Shown here piece by piece: positions 26,471 through 38,990 of a stretch of 64,000 bases of DNA. Source of the stretch: Ruditapes philippinarum. Taxonomy: Eukaryota. The notes beneath the pieces were generated by a model that did not search any database, had not been told where the DNA came from, and worked only from the letters and a program-made list of their open reading frames with translations. The first letter of the stretch is position 1. Each line of letters begins with the position of its first letter. The position numbers and the translations under genes are program-made. Location of the stretch: positions 248,001-312,000 of the forward strand of contig NW_026866967.1 of assembly GCF_026571515.1 (NCBI RefSeq), read 5' to 3'.

Positions 26471-27940
26471 TGCCATTTTTTACTACGGTTAAGCAACGAT
26501 CGATACCTAGAGAACGGATAACACACAGAAAGGATTTAATGATTGCTTAAAAAAAATACTCATTCTAAATAAGTTTTATTGAGTTATTAAATATGATGTG
26601 TAAAAGGAAATAGTTAGTAGTGTGATAAAAATATCTGTTCATTTTGAATAAAACTTATATTTGCAGTGTCAAAAAATTTCAGTGAATTAAAGAAAATGTT
26701 AACAACACTAGGGCAATTGTAACTGGTGAAAACCTATAGTAAGAATTTATTTGTCATTTAAATAAATTGATCTATTGAATTGCTGTTCGCAAAATTTGAA
26801 GAAAAAAACTCTATATATCGCTACTTGATAGATTAGTATCAATATTGTTTATGGAAAAAATATCTGATATATCTTATATAAAATCGTTGCTGTAAACAAA
26901 ATAGAAACAAATTATTCTACTAAATGTACGAGTGGTACAGAAGAGAAAACGGCTTATAAATGATAATATATTGGAGTTACTAGTGGTTTCTTATAGACCG
27001 GGAATAGTTTTGTATTTGTGAGGATAATTAACGAGATGTATGATTGACCATGAGAAGCCTTATCCAGTAATTCATTGTAGCTCAAATCTGTAGGAGCAGA
27101 GGAATGAGATATAATGATAGAAGATAACCGTTTATCCGCGCTGCTTTTGAAAGTATAACTTAGTATTGAAGAACTCTGTAATGGGGCATGTTAGCGTGAC
27201 AAGAAATTCCTCTTTGTGTAGCACAAATAATTCACAGCATTTGATAAAGAGCAAAGAAAGAGAAAACGGATATTTCACGTAGTTTCACCGAAGGATTAAA
27301 GTGAATGTTTCAGATGTTTCATATATTCCTAGTGTTCGGATAGAACTATTTTCAAGAAAAAAGAAAATAATCTTAAGAAATTTCTTAATCATACATCAAC
27401 TTGACATAACGAATACATAATAGTGTTTACATGTCTGATGGATCGTCGACGAATATGTTTACATTTACCCAGCGCTTTGTTCACTTGTATTCTAAATATA
27501 GTCGTATGTCATCACTCTGAGGTAGGTCTAGACAAACCATTACACATACAATTTTGACTGTCACTTGTTCAATCAGTTCGATTCAATTCAACAATTTGAT
27601 AAAAAAATATACAAAAACATGGAAATATGAGTACTTATTATAACGTCGAAACAGTGGAGGAAGTGGAATTTGAGGTGTTATATAGAAGTAAAAACGAGTT
27701 TGAAATGGAGTAAAATAAATCAACAATGAAAACTATTCCGTTCACAATAATTGTATTTGTGCTATATGTCTGTTGTATCATTTACAAATGCTAAAGCTGC
27801 TCTTGCTTTATCTTATGTGAATTGTGTTCACATTTTGAAGAAGTATAAACATAAATAGAGCATTTTTAATAATAGAAATAAACGCTGGCTTGGTGCAATG
27901 CCAAATCATTCACACGTGAAAGTAATGTAACTTAACGATA

Positions 27941-28417
27941 ATGGATGCGCCGTTAATTTTAATCATAATACAACTTCTTTTTGTTATTGAAATCACAAGT
28001 CAATATTATAAAGAAACTTCAAACCAATATGGCCCTAAAACGTCTGTGTGTGAGCTGGAAAAAAAGCGTCTTGGTGACCGAAAAATTATCATGATTGACG
28101 GTACTGAGATTCAGGGAATTAAAATACAATTTAAACAAATTTGTAATCTTAGAGATGTTTATGAATTTCGAGGACTTCCGTATGCTGAGATAGGACTGTC
28201 AGGTTTTTGTCACCACGTGACCAAGGACGGTCTACGTCAAGTGTGAGACACGCTATAAATCATAAAGCAGTTTGTCCCCAAAAAGTCATGAAGGATTTCT
28301 TAAGAAGACTTGAAGGAATTCCAACTGAGCTACATGAGCGTTTATCTCGAATTGGCACATTTATAGGAGATCAAAACGAAGAATGTTTATTTATCAATAT
28401 TTTCGTACCCTATAAAG
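27941..28417 (+). CDS. Variable first coding exon E, neuroligin-like N-terminus, carrying a 1-nt frameshift at ~28201 (sequencing error or pseudo-exon)
   Basis: The two listed ORFs (27941-28246 and 28207-28467) join into a full paralog of exon C if one A is restored at 28201 (TCA GGT TTT TGT -> TCA AGG TTT TTG = S-R-F-L; exon C reads TCA AGG TTC ATT). Signal peptide, GLPYAEI, VCPQK and QNEECLFINIFVPYK are present. Donor AAAG|GTAGGT at 28418. Confidence 0.85.
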
Positions 28418-31400
28418 GTAGGTCCATAGCAGCTTATTACCCAAACAAACTTTCCGCTATCTGTTAATTTACTTTGTATCTCTTCTATTTCATATCAGTC
28501 TATTTAAAATTGTGTATCATGTTTAATAACATATAAAGTGTCTACGATTAAACAGAGTTGATGTCTTCAAGAAATTGCAAATCTATCTCTAAAACAATTC
28601 GTGTGTCAAACTTTCTTTTTATTTTTGTTTATTGAGCAAATCGTTATTGATCAGTAAAGTCTTATTTCTATACATTTCTGCATAGATTAATCGACTTGAT
28701 AATCTTTCTTTTAAAGAGTTTTGAATTTGAAGATGCACTTATTGCAATATTCCAAAAGTGTCGTATCGTAATCGATTCGTTGTTAAAACACGAGTTGGCA
28801 TTTAGAAGTATGAGGCTTGATTGTTATATAACAATCATCGTTAAATGTTTGCTTTTGTTTACGAGCATAATCGAATCCACAACTTCATGGAATTTTTAGG
28901 CTTTACATTAGGGAAATAGTCCATTACGATTTTAGAAAACTCTTCCACAATTTGTTTTGACATGTCTGTTATGATAACATCTAAAAGACAAAAGAGATTA
29001 TACTTTGTTATTGTATAGAGACGAAACCGGTAAGAACGAGCACTGCCAAGTATAATGTATATAACTATGTTATGTCTAAATCATGTAAATTTCGACATAG
29101 TTTGAAACAATGATGAGATATGTTTGACATATAGGTCGTATATTGACTTTAAGTACGAATATCACTAATAGACCGCCTTTGTTTTACTACTTTTTAGTCA
29201 AAGAACGTAACATAGAACATTGGAGAAAAATTTACAATATTTATATGGCAATATGTGTTTTTGTTTATGTCTCGGACCTTCTGGAAGGAAAAATGTCTGC
29301 CTATAGAAATCAACAATTACTCTTATTTAAATCATTAGTTATTGTATGTATATAAGTATCTGTACGTATGAAGAATGTAGAAACATTTACGGCAACTTAA
29401 AAGTTAAAAAGATTGACTTAAAAGTATTGTTGTGATATCATTCGTTGTTGCTTTTGAGTTATTTGTACATTTAAGTTAAAGTTTAATTAGAAAATTTGAA
29501 GTGAATAGCATTGTGTCTGTGAAAAATATTGATAAGGTATGTACATATACATTAAACGAAAGAAATACTTTTGAGTCATTATTAAAGATTGATATTGCTG
29601 TCCTGCATTTTGAACAGTATCTGTTTTAAAAGTGTTATATTGCATTGTTTATAGTTTTACAAAGTGATTTCATACCAAACCTTATCCAAAACGTCTGCAG
29701 TGGCAATATTTGATTGCAATTCGCTTCTTTTTTTTTAATTCCAAACTTCCGTTAATATTAATATACAGCCATGGATTCAAGTTAAATGCCTTACGAGATG
29801 TGTGTTCATAATTCTTAATGAAGTTTATTCAATGTGATGGGTGTATTTAAGTAGACGTGTAAATGTTTTCACTAATTGTACATCTAGCAAGGACTTCTAT
29901 ATGTAGACAAGACGCCTTGAAAAAAGAGCATTTAATGAGGAAAGAAGTGATGTTATTCCCTCAGTGTGAACGCCTTATCCGTGTTCCATTTATTTTTAAT
30001 TAAACGTAAATATCTAAATATCTAAAATGGGTGAGATAAAATTTATTCCACAAACATAAAAATGTATTTTAAAGCATAACATATCGAATAATGTGTTTTT
30101 ATGAGATGCTGTTTAACAAAAATTCTGATAAAAATAACATAAATAATAACATATCGACGATTAGTTCTATTTCTCTAAATATTTGATTTCACTTCAATGA
30201 AACTGTGAATAGTTTTATATTTATGACCATGTTCATCTTCATTTTACCTGTTTAATAACGCTTGTCAGTGTAAGTAACACATTTAAGCGTTTAAATTACG
30301 TTTAAACTTGCCACTTCAGTTGGTGCATAGTTGTAATAAGTTTCCAAGGTGTTCTGAGTTACTATAGCGAATCCCGCCATCAAATCAATGTACATTATTA
30401 CGACCTTATCCCAGAAAGTCGGAACAATGCTTTGATAATTATTCTATCTCGATACATTTTCTTTACAAAGTTTAATTAAAAGCAATGCGTTTATTTACAA
30501 GAGGTATTCATATAACTTTTAACGATTTGTTGTGAAATGTATGAAGAAAGAAAATCAAATAAAATTTTACAACAACAACAATAGTTATTTTTAAAAAATG
30601 GTGCTTTATCATATGTTTATAATAAAGCAATAAAATTACACAAATTATCATTTTGGAACTATGCCCTTTTTGAACTGTGCAAAATCTTTATTTCTATATA
30701 AATTTAATCAATTAATCTGTCGGTTAACAACTATAGCAAATGATTTTTCTAAAAAAATATCATTTAAAGACATAAGTTTTGGACAACATGATGAATCGCT
30801 ATCAATGTCATATTGTTAAACACTAGCAGTAAGTGCATATGAATAGCGGTACGGAAAGAAATAAGACATTAATGTTCTGAGAAACATGCTTACTGTCAGT
30901 TATTACAGGAAAAATATGCATAGTAGAAATTCCTTGAGGTCCTGAGCTTTTTTTTATATGAGTTTGATTGATGATGGTCATGAAACATAAAATGCACACT
31001 GTTGTATACTACATAGTGAAGTTAGTTTATCAGTACATAGTTCCACGAATATAATTGAATTTCTTTCCGAAATAAATAGTATTATTAGTATAAAAATTAT
31101 TAAAGACAATTATTTATTAAACAGATGAAAGCTTACAAAGAAGATAAAGTCAGGTGAAAAAAATAAGATTAAATTAAATATAAAAGGGAAACTGCCAACA
31201 CTGTTCAGTTGTGATTTATATATATATATTAAACTTTATTTCAATGGGTATAAATAAATTAAGTTTTTATCAACACAAATGTTAAAACATTTTTTCTGTT
31301 TGAAGTGATTAGAAGCCTTGTTGTGAATGGCGTTTTTACCAAAATAGCTCTATATGTTGAATTGATCCAAATCAACAAAATGAATGCTTGTCATAAAAGC

Positions 31401-32140
31401 AGTCATCCCTTACTGTAAACTAATAACTAAAAACAGTTTTCCTGTCTTAATGCGATATAGAAGATTACACATTTACTTAGCTAAAACAATCTCATGTGCT
31501 AAGTACTAAGTGTTATAAATAAAACCCTCAATACGATGCTTTATAACCAGTCATAGTACATTGTTTTAAAGGTAAATAAATCAACTAAAAAGACATTGAT
31601 TGCACACTATTGACTGATTCTGTCTACAAGGAAAATATCAGATTCTTTTCACTTGTAAGTGGCATTTCTCCTTTGTGTCTGGAAAATAAAAAATACATTC
31701 GACTTTAGATATTCCTAAAGGATTAAAACTCATGAAGTCGCCTTGTTCTTTTTTTTTTTTGAATATTCATGAGATGTCTTTTGTGCGTTGTAATATCCCC
31801 ATTGAAGAGATGATCAGTTTTTTCTGGATATCAAAGGGATATTCTTTCCAAGTCAATAAATGTTATTTAATTTGTACAAAACAACTTTTTTTGCAAAGCT
31901 ATGATATTGAATAAAACTATAAAACAATTTATGCAAAACATTTATATAAATAGTGCCGACTTCGATTTAAAAAAAACCCATTTGTGCAATATGCCCTCTA
32001 GTTTACTACGCGACGTGAACAGTGGGCGGAATGATTCTTTGGGTTATTGTGGACTTTAGGTTATTTAAATATTAAAAAAAAATATTATAAAGATGCGACA
32101 GCGTAAGAATATATAGATATAAATATAAATTGTGATTATT

Positions 32141-32315
32141 CGGAAGCATTAATGACAACAAAATTACATGAAAATTTCAGATTCGGTTCGATTGAGTCTG
32201 TAAAGAGCAACATTCCTTACGCCCACTAGCACCGGCTTGAGCGCTACTCAATTTTCAATACTTACAAGTGTTGGAATTTATGATTCCGAAGGACCAAATA
32301 AATGTAACAACACAG
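32141..32315 (-). repeat. Dispersed ~170-bp repeat, copy 2 (inverted)
   Basis: CTAGCACCGGCTTGAGC at 32226-32242 is the reverse complement of the core. Flanks (GGACCA, CTTACAAGTG, GAGTCTGTA) also align. Confidence 0.75.
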
Positions 32316-35300
32316 TCAACCTAGCGTGTAGAACATTGCACTTGCTCGTTGATTAGACAAAAATTGAGGCAGAACTTCCAAAGTCTTAAATAAATCAAAA
32401 CTAAATTGTAATGGTTCCATCGAAACGTCATTAAATTTGAAATTATATTTTATTGTAAGAATATTATGTATCAGATAATATTTATCTCGATAAAATTCAA
32501 AGCATACAGTCTATTATTTTAGAATTTATTGACTTAAGAAATTTATAATCAACATTTTTGACTCATTTATTATACTCAATCCTTCTTTTCATGAGTTATA
32601 CAATGAGGTTTCATAATTTGGTTTTACCTATCACTTTGTACAATTCCATATGTAAATATATGTGTATATTTCTTAGTTTGCAGCATACATGTTTCATATA
32701 ATTTTATTAAATAAAATATCATTTCACTCAGTGTTGATAAGTGTCATTAAGAAAAAGAAGGAACAAAAAACTTGAAAAATGCCCCGATGTATCCCCTTAA
32801 ATTTTCTTCAGTTAGATTTATTATTATAGTTAGAGTTTGCACGATAACTGTACTTGAACAATGACATGGGTCACTGTTTAGTCTTTAATTCTGCTTAACG
32901 ATCGTGAAAACTTATTATATAAGGTTCTTAGAAATATTTAGAATCGCAAAATCAATTTCGTTTTAATCTGATCAATTTTAAACAGGTTTGCTGAGAACAA
33001 TAAATCTGTTCCCAGTCGTCATCATTTGAAACAGTCTGCTATGACCCGAGGCAGTGGAATCTACTCTGTTGTTAAGGGAAATAGAATCTAGTTTTTATTC
33101 TATCTGATTCCGATGACGGTCTGCTATTTTATCCTAATAATTGCCATCATGGGAAATTGAGAAAGTTCGTTTTCGGCCTATGGGTATCTTCGCTTTGATG
33201 TTAAGTTTCAGAACTTGATAATTGGTCAATTCTTCAAAATGATGCATTTATTTAAATAAGGTTTCGTTAATGACGACTTCTTCGTTGCCAAAAGATCAAT
33301 TACTTGATCCATATTTTTTGTTATTATTGCTAGGGATTTGAATTGTCATGAAAAAGTACAAATCGCTCAATTTTTCATAGAAGAAACTAAGATTGTAGAT
33401 GTTCATTTGTCACGATAAAGAAAGTCAATCATTTTTTGGTCAGTTATCAATACACTATCATTTAAAACTAAACTTAACCATTTAGAAAACGGGAACTGGA
33501 TACGTTGTTTCCCCCTGATTTAAGCGGCTTCTTGTTATGTATAATTTGCATATAATTTTATATTGTACAAGCTTAAATAATATAGTGCATCTGAGATATT
33601 TAAAACAGTAAAAGCAAAGTATATCAAATGTTGCTTGTTTGTGCAAATTTCATAAATCCTTGTCGGATATATTCTTATTTAACAGACAGACTTCTTTTGC
33701 TGCTATACAACGTATTGATTTGTTGTCAATATGAATAACTCAATAAGAGATTATTATATCTACAAATTTTAATGTTTTCAGATAAATGTTCCGAATATTG
33801 TAGTGGTTTTGAGATAACAACAGCGTATTCAATTCGAAAACAAGCATAAATAGATAACATAATAACTAGTCTTCGTGATAAGTTAAAAGCAATAACTCTA
33901 TATAGATATCAATTTATGTTTTGAATAATAATATAGCGCAAGATGGTTTACAGTCTGTCTGTATCACGTGGGTGTAGTTATATAATTGATATGTGTAAGT
34001 TATGTGTGTTGTCATTTTCCAAATATGATACCATCTCATTTTTTCTTCTTTGATTCAACTGTCTCTTTTTGATACTGTTATTGCTTTCTCTTTTTCCTTC
34101 CCAAAACGCTTTAGCATTCTCTTGTTAGGAATATCTATAACATTAGCAGTAAAATTATAATTGTTGCCCGCACCATATGCTGTATCTGATTTTGAATCAC
34201 TATGAACTTAATGAAGTGACATGATATTGTATGAGTTGTCTTACAAGTATAATGTATATGGTGCCTTTCTCTAGGATATTATCGGCCAGTGCCTATGCAT
34301 TTAAATATTCTCGGGTAAACATGTTTGACTTTGGTCGTCATGGGCTCCTTGCCGCTGGCACTTGTTGCTGGATCGTGTGGGGGTTGCGTCCATTGAACGC
34401 TGCCTTTCCTTGTTGATATTGTTTATCATATTCTTTTACTACAAGGGAATGCATGTATATCAATGCATCATGTGCTTAAATAAGCTGTTGAAGTTTTCAA
34501 TATATGATAAAGAGATGATTTATAATGAAATATGTGACAACATTATATGTATATTTTGATTCTGATGTATAACAGTAAAAGAATAAAAGTTATCAGAAAT
34601 TACAAAATTACAGACAGACCTGCGTTGCCTATCAGATATGTTTTAGTCAATTTTGGATTCCTATATCTTTAGGTTTTATATCCTGACAAATATGCATTTG
34701 TAAAAAGGCATATGAGATAACGTAATGGCCATTTTTTTCCTGACCAGGCACAATAGAGCCGAGTATGTAATCTGCATATTATTATATTTGGTATTTGCTC
34801 TTTCCAAGAATATTTTATACGAATGCGCTCAGTTGCTTTTGAAATGTGGGACACGGCTTTCATTTACCTATCTTTCATTCTGACACACTAATTACACCAG
34901 CTGACCATTACTGTACTTAGGATTCTGCCATATAGCTTATAATCTGGAGTTTTAAACATTAAAATGGAAAACACCCTTGAGTATCACTAATCAACAAAGT
35001 AACAGACAAATTTGTAACCGTGGATCACTGAACCGTTATCTTGTTTCTTCAAGATCTATGAGAAATGAATGTTCTAAATCCCTTAAGGTACATTGATTGA
35101 TAACCTATCACTTCTGGAGGGTTTGGCTGCTTAAACTATCAAGTGTTCAATCATTCTAATTGCTAGTCTGTCCAGAACATTCGAATGTGTATTATTCATA
35201 TCATTATATGAATTTTCTTCTTCTCCGACGCTTGGAGTAATCCTGTTATTAAAATGAATTGAATGGATGTTTGTACGTTTTTGATTTCAACACAGCCATT

Positions 35301-36751
35301 CACAAATACATTCATTTATTCGTAGCTGTCAAATGATTCCGACATAATTGATTTTTTTCCGAATTCATCATCTCTTTTGTTTTGTTTTGTTTCTTTTTAC
35401 GTTTCGTTTCTACTAGGAACATTTAATTTGAGTGTGAAATGGTTTCACGTTTCTCAAATCTGTCGGCAGGATTTATAACCACAGAAGGAAAAGTCTCTTA
35501 ATATTTAAAGTTTATATTCCTTCCTCTGATCTTTCTTAATGCGATAAAGGGGAATCAAACAATAATTTTGAGACGACGAAAGTCAATTCAGTCATATAAA
35601 GGGTTGAAACAATGTGATTATTTCAAAGAACAAACATAGCCTCGTTACTTCATACATTTTGGCAATGTATTCAGTTGTTTGGTTGTAAACTATATATATA
35701 TAGTCTGACTGCAGAATCTGTAGGTGGCTAGGAGTAGCTGTTCATAAAAACGATAATTTGCCAGCCCTTATATACTTAAATAAATCTGTACAGAATACCA
35801 ACAAAATAGCAATGAAGGTAAACTTATGAGAGTGTTTCAATCTGTTGGAATTAGGCTAATGTGTTTTTTATAAAGGGTTCTTTGTATTTATTACTCCCGT
35901 TTACTTTTCCTAATAATTTGTGAAGTGAACAAGATAATGGTCTTTACAGTCATGCTCCATAACCAGCAAATGTGCTTTAGTACAAATAAATATGATGTAT
36001 TCAACAGATGGTTGATTATCATAAAGTCTAAGCTTTTTTTCATACCTTTAATTTTAATTTCTGCTATTTCATTACCTGTTCAAGTGTGTGTTAGATTTTC
36101 GTATCACTATATAATGCGAACAAATATACTAAAAGCCTAGATTTACCAACGTCGAATTTAAGAATTTAAGATATTCATTGCTATTCCGTCAGTTAATTTC
36201 TCTGAAGACGGTTAACCCAGAATCTTTGATTGAGCCAAATATATTTTTTACTTTTAATGAGACGAAACCGATATGATGGACTGAGTCCTTAGTAATGTTT
36301 TCAAGCATGATATAAAAATTTACAGGAAACCTATTGACCGTTTAATCGTACTTGCTAATCAATCCCATCCTTCATTTGAACTTGGCTGACTCCACATTAT
36401 CGTATGTTTTTCATCATGATACCTACTTGGTTTTTTAACATGTTTAGGACACTTAATGAGTTTGATTACTGGTTGTCACTAATACCCTGCAACAACACTA
36501 TTACTCGTCATTACTTTATAAATATTCTCAAGAGTAAGACTACATTATTTGCAATTGTACATTCCCTATGCGACAATTTCGTTATTTTAATTCTTTGTCA
36601 TTTGTTATACCTATAACCCATTTGCCAATAAAAAATGTCATTTTAAATCCGCCTGGAAGAATCATGTTTCCTTTTCTACGGAAGCTTATCAGGTCCTCCA
36701 CTTATCTAAAAGTTTCACGCCATGTCAACTTGTTTCTACTCGTTTTGACCA

Positions 36752-36834
36752 AAAACATTCCATGAAGACATTATGATTAATACGAAATACATAAAACATT
36801 CCATGAAGACGTTATGATAAATACGTATTACGTA
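36752..36834. repeat. Local tandem duplication (2 x ~41 bp)
   Basis: AAAACATTCCATGAAGAC(A/G)TTATGAT(T/A)AATACG repeated. Confidence 0.8.
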
Positions 36835-37859
36835 GAAGTTTTTAATTAATTCAATAAAACTTTGTTGAATTACGTGAGCTATTTGTCAATGCAAGTAACT
36901 TCCGTACTTTTCTTATTTTTAAAAAATAATTTGTGCATCTCAATAAGTTTAATTATTTGTAAACTGTTTATATCCTCTGTCCTACTAGGTTACGTGTCTG
37001 TGGTGTTGTGTTGCTGGACTTGTGGTGTTGTCGCTTGCTTTCGTTGAATGTCGTCCTCTCTTGTTAATTGCTGTTCTCTCATTTTGACATCGCTGTCTTC
37101 TTTCCGTGCAAAGTTGTATTAAAATAAATACAATATATGTCAAGTGCGGAGTTTGTTTTTATCATAATATTATGTTTTGTCTATTCTTTGGGCATGCTGT
37201 ATAGATTTGACCAAAAAAAATGTTACAATTCCTTTTGTTATGTATCTGACCTATTGTGTTCGAGACCTTGCTCCCTGAATTGTCTCGCAATCAAACCCAG
37301 TATGTTGTTGTTGTTTGTTCACGTGTAGGCATTTGATTCAATTGTTCTCGAGGTTTCTTACCTAACATAACCTAACCCATATTTCTTGATACGAAATTGA
37401 ATACTATCTACAATAATGAATCAAGAATTTCATTCATGTTCGTTTGTTTATTCACGCATCGAATTATCTATCAAGTCATGAAAATGGATATATGTTAGTT
37501 TGGTGAAAATGTATGATTGTTATCAGCCCAATTACTGTGCAATGCTGCCAAGAATAAACACAAAATAATTTGATTCAATTTGGCATGCTTCAAACAAAAA
37601 AGTATCAAGATTCGAAACATTTCCAAAACAAATATTTATCTTTGACATTTTTCAAACGTATTGTAAAAGAAAACTTAATGTAGTTCAATACACTTATTTA
37701 GAAATAGAAGAGAACTTTTCAAATTGTAATAATATATTGTGGACAATGTTAACAAATACTTGCTAAGTTTCTGGCATGTTCTATTAAAATAAATCTATTG
37801 CTGGATCAATTAATAAATAATGCCATGTTTTAATCAAATATCTAAATATTCATCAATCA

Positions 37860-38230
37860 AGACTTTTTATTGCTTCCATTCGTAATTAAGTCGTTATTTT
37901 TCTTCAATCGACAAATATCCTGTTATCATTGATTGGATTTAAAAGAAGTAGATAACGAGTGTGATTAAGGTTTTTATATTGGTTGTACAGATTCGTCAAT
38001 TGATAACGATTCACATTATTGCTAAAATAAAGGTAATTGTCCTTAATGGAAACTAGTTTTGAGGATATTGAACAAAAAAGAACATGATGTAGCTTAGAAA
38101 TTAATAATCATTCCAGGAAATCATTGGGCGCATTTGTCATTTCCAAAGCGATGTTGTATAAACAACGTTTAATGAATTATGTCCTATTATTTTAAATCAG
38201 CATAACTGTGACTTAAGTATGAGGCTGTAT
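37860..38230 (+). repeat. Downstream-array block Y, copy 1
   Basis: ATCGACAAATATCCTGTTATCATTGATTGGATTT…TAACGAGTG also at 47690-47890 and, more diverged, at 51470-51820. Confidence 0.7.
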
Positions 38231-38804
38231 CTCACGAATATTGCTAAAGTCATGTTGACTATGTACAATTAAATGTAAGATTGTAAAACTTAATTGTCCT
38301 TACCTTTTTTCTATGATAAATCTTTTATTGTTTGAATTTATTCCCTAATCAATCATTATTGTATGTACGATGTTGGTCATACGTGAATACATATAAATGA
38401 CTTTTGAAAAACCAGTGTAAATAAGTTTTGTTTTAGAAAAATCTATTTTATTTTATTTATTAACTTAATGTTTTCAATTATTTATTACCATAACAAAACA
38501 TTAAGATGCCATTGACATTTAAACAACATTGTTTCAGAAAATAAAATCAGTGTTTATCTAGTTCACAAGACAAACTGTTCTATATATCTTGACGAGAAAA
38601 TTTGGTAAATATACACATTTCTCATTAAATCTTTCTTGTTAACACTTTAAGAACAGAATTGATACAATGCATTCGGCGTTAAAATTTTAAAGTACATTAT
38701 TTTGAATTGTCCTTATGTTTGTGTTCCCGTTAGAATATTCTTTTCATTACAAAACATCGCTGTCGTGGTAATAAATTATTGTAGACTAAGTGAAGATATG
38801 TCGA

Positions 38805-38990
38805 CGATTACCCGTTAACAAACAAATTGTCCCTGTAGTCTTTTTTGAGTGCCAAAGCTATCTGTTACTTCATCGGAACCTGGTTATTTTCAGCTTTTGT
38901 ACCGGGAATTAGGTTTTACAGTTGAGTGATAAATGAATCAAAATGTCCGCAATGTAGATTCCTTCACACGCATAGGCAGTATTTCTGCCA
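38805..38990 (+). repeat. Downstream-array block Z, copy 1
   Basis: CCCGTTAACAAAC…GTCCCTGTAGTC…GAGTGCCAAAGCTATCTGTTACTTC…GGAACCTGGTTATTTTCA…ATGAATCAAAATGTCCGC. Copies at 42632, 48692, 53362 and weakly 61690. Confidence 0.8.

Noticed and set aside
3643-36658. Reverse-complement matches between the cassette region and the downstream array (e.g. TTCCAGGCGGATT at 3643 vs 36646; TAACAGATAGC at ~24087 vs block Z) as Dscam-like docking/selector pairing
   Set aside because: Matches are 10-13 nt with unrelated flanks, as expected by chance in 64 kb. A systematic inverted-repeat or IntaRNA scan would be needed.
37991-38032. 42-nt AG…AG|GTAATT mini-exon candidate (splice-site-A-like insert) in block Y
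   Set aside because: In-frame TAA in phase 1, and the donor is not conserved in the third Y copy.
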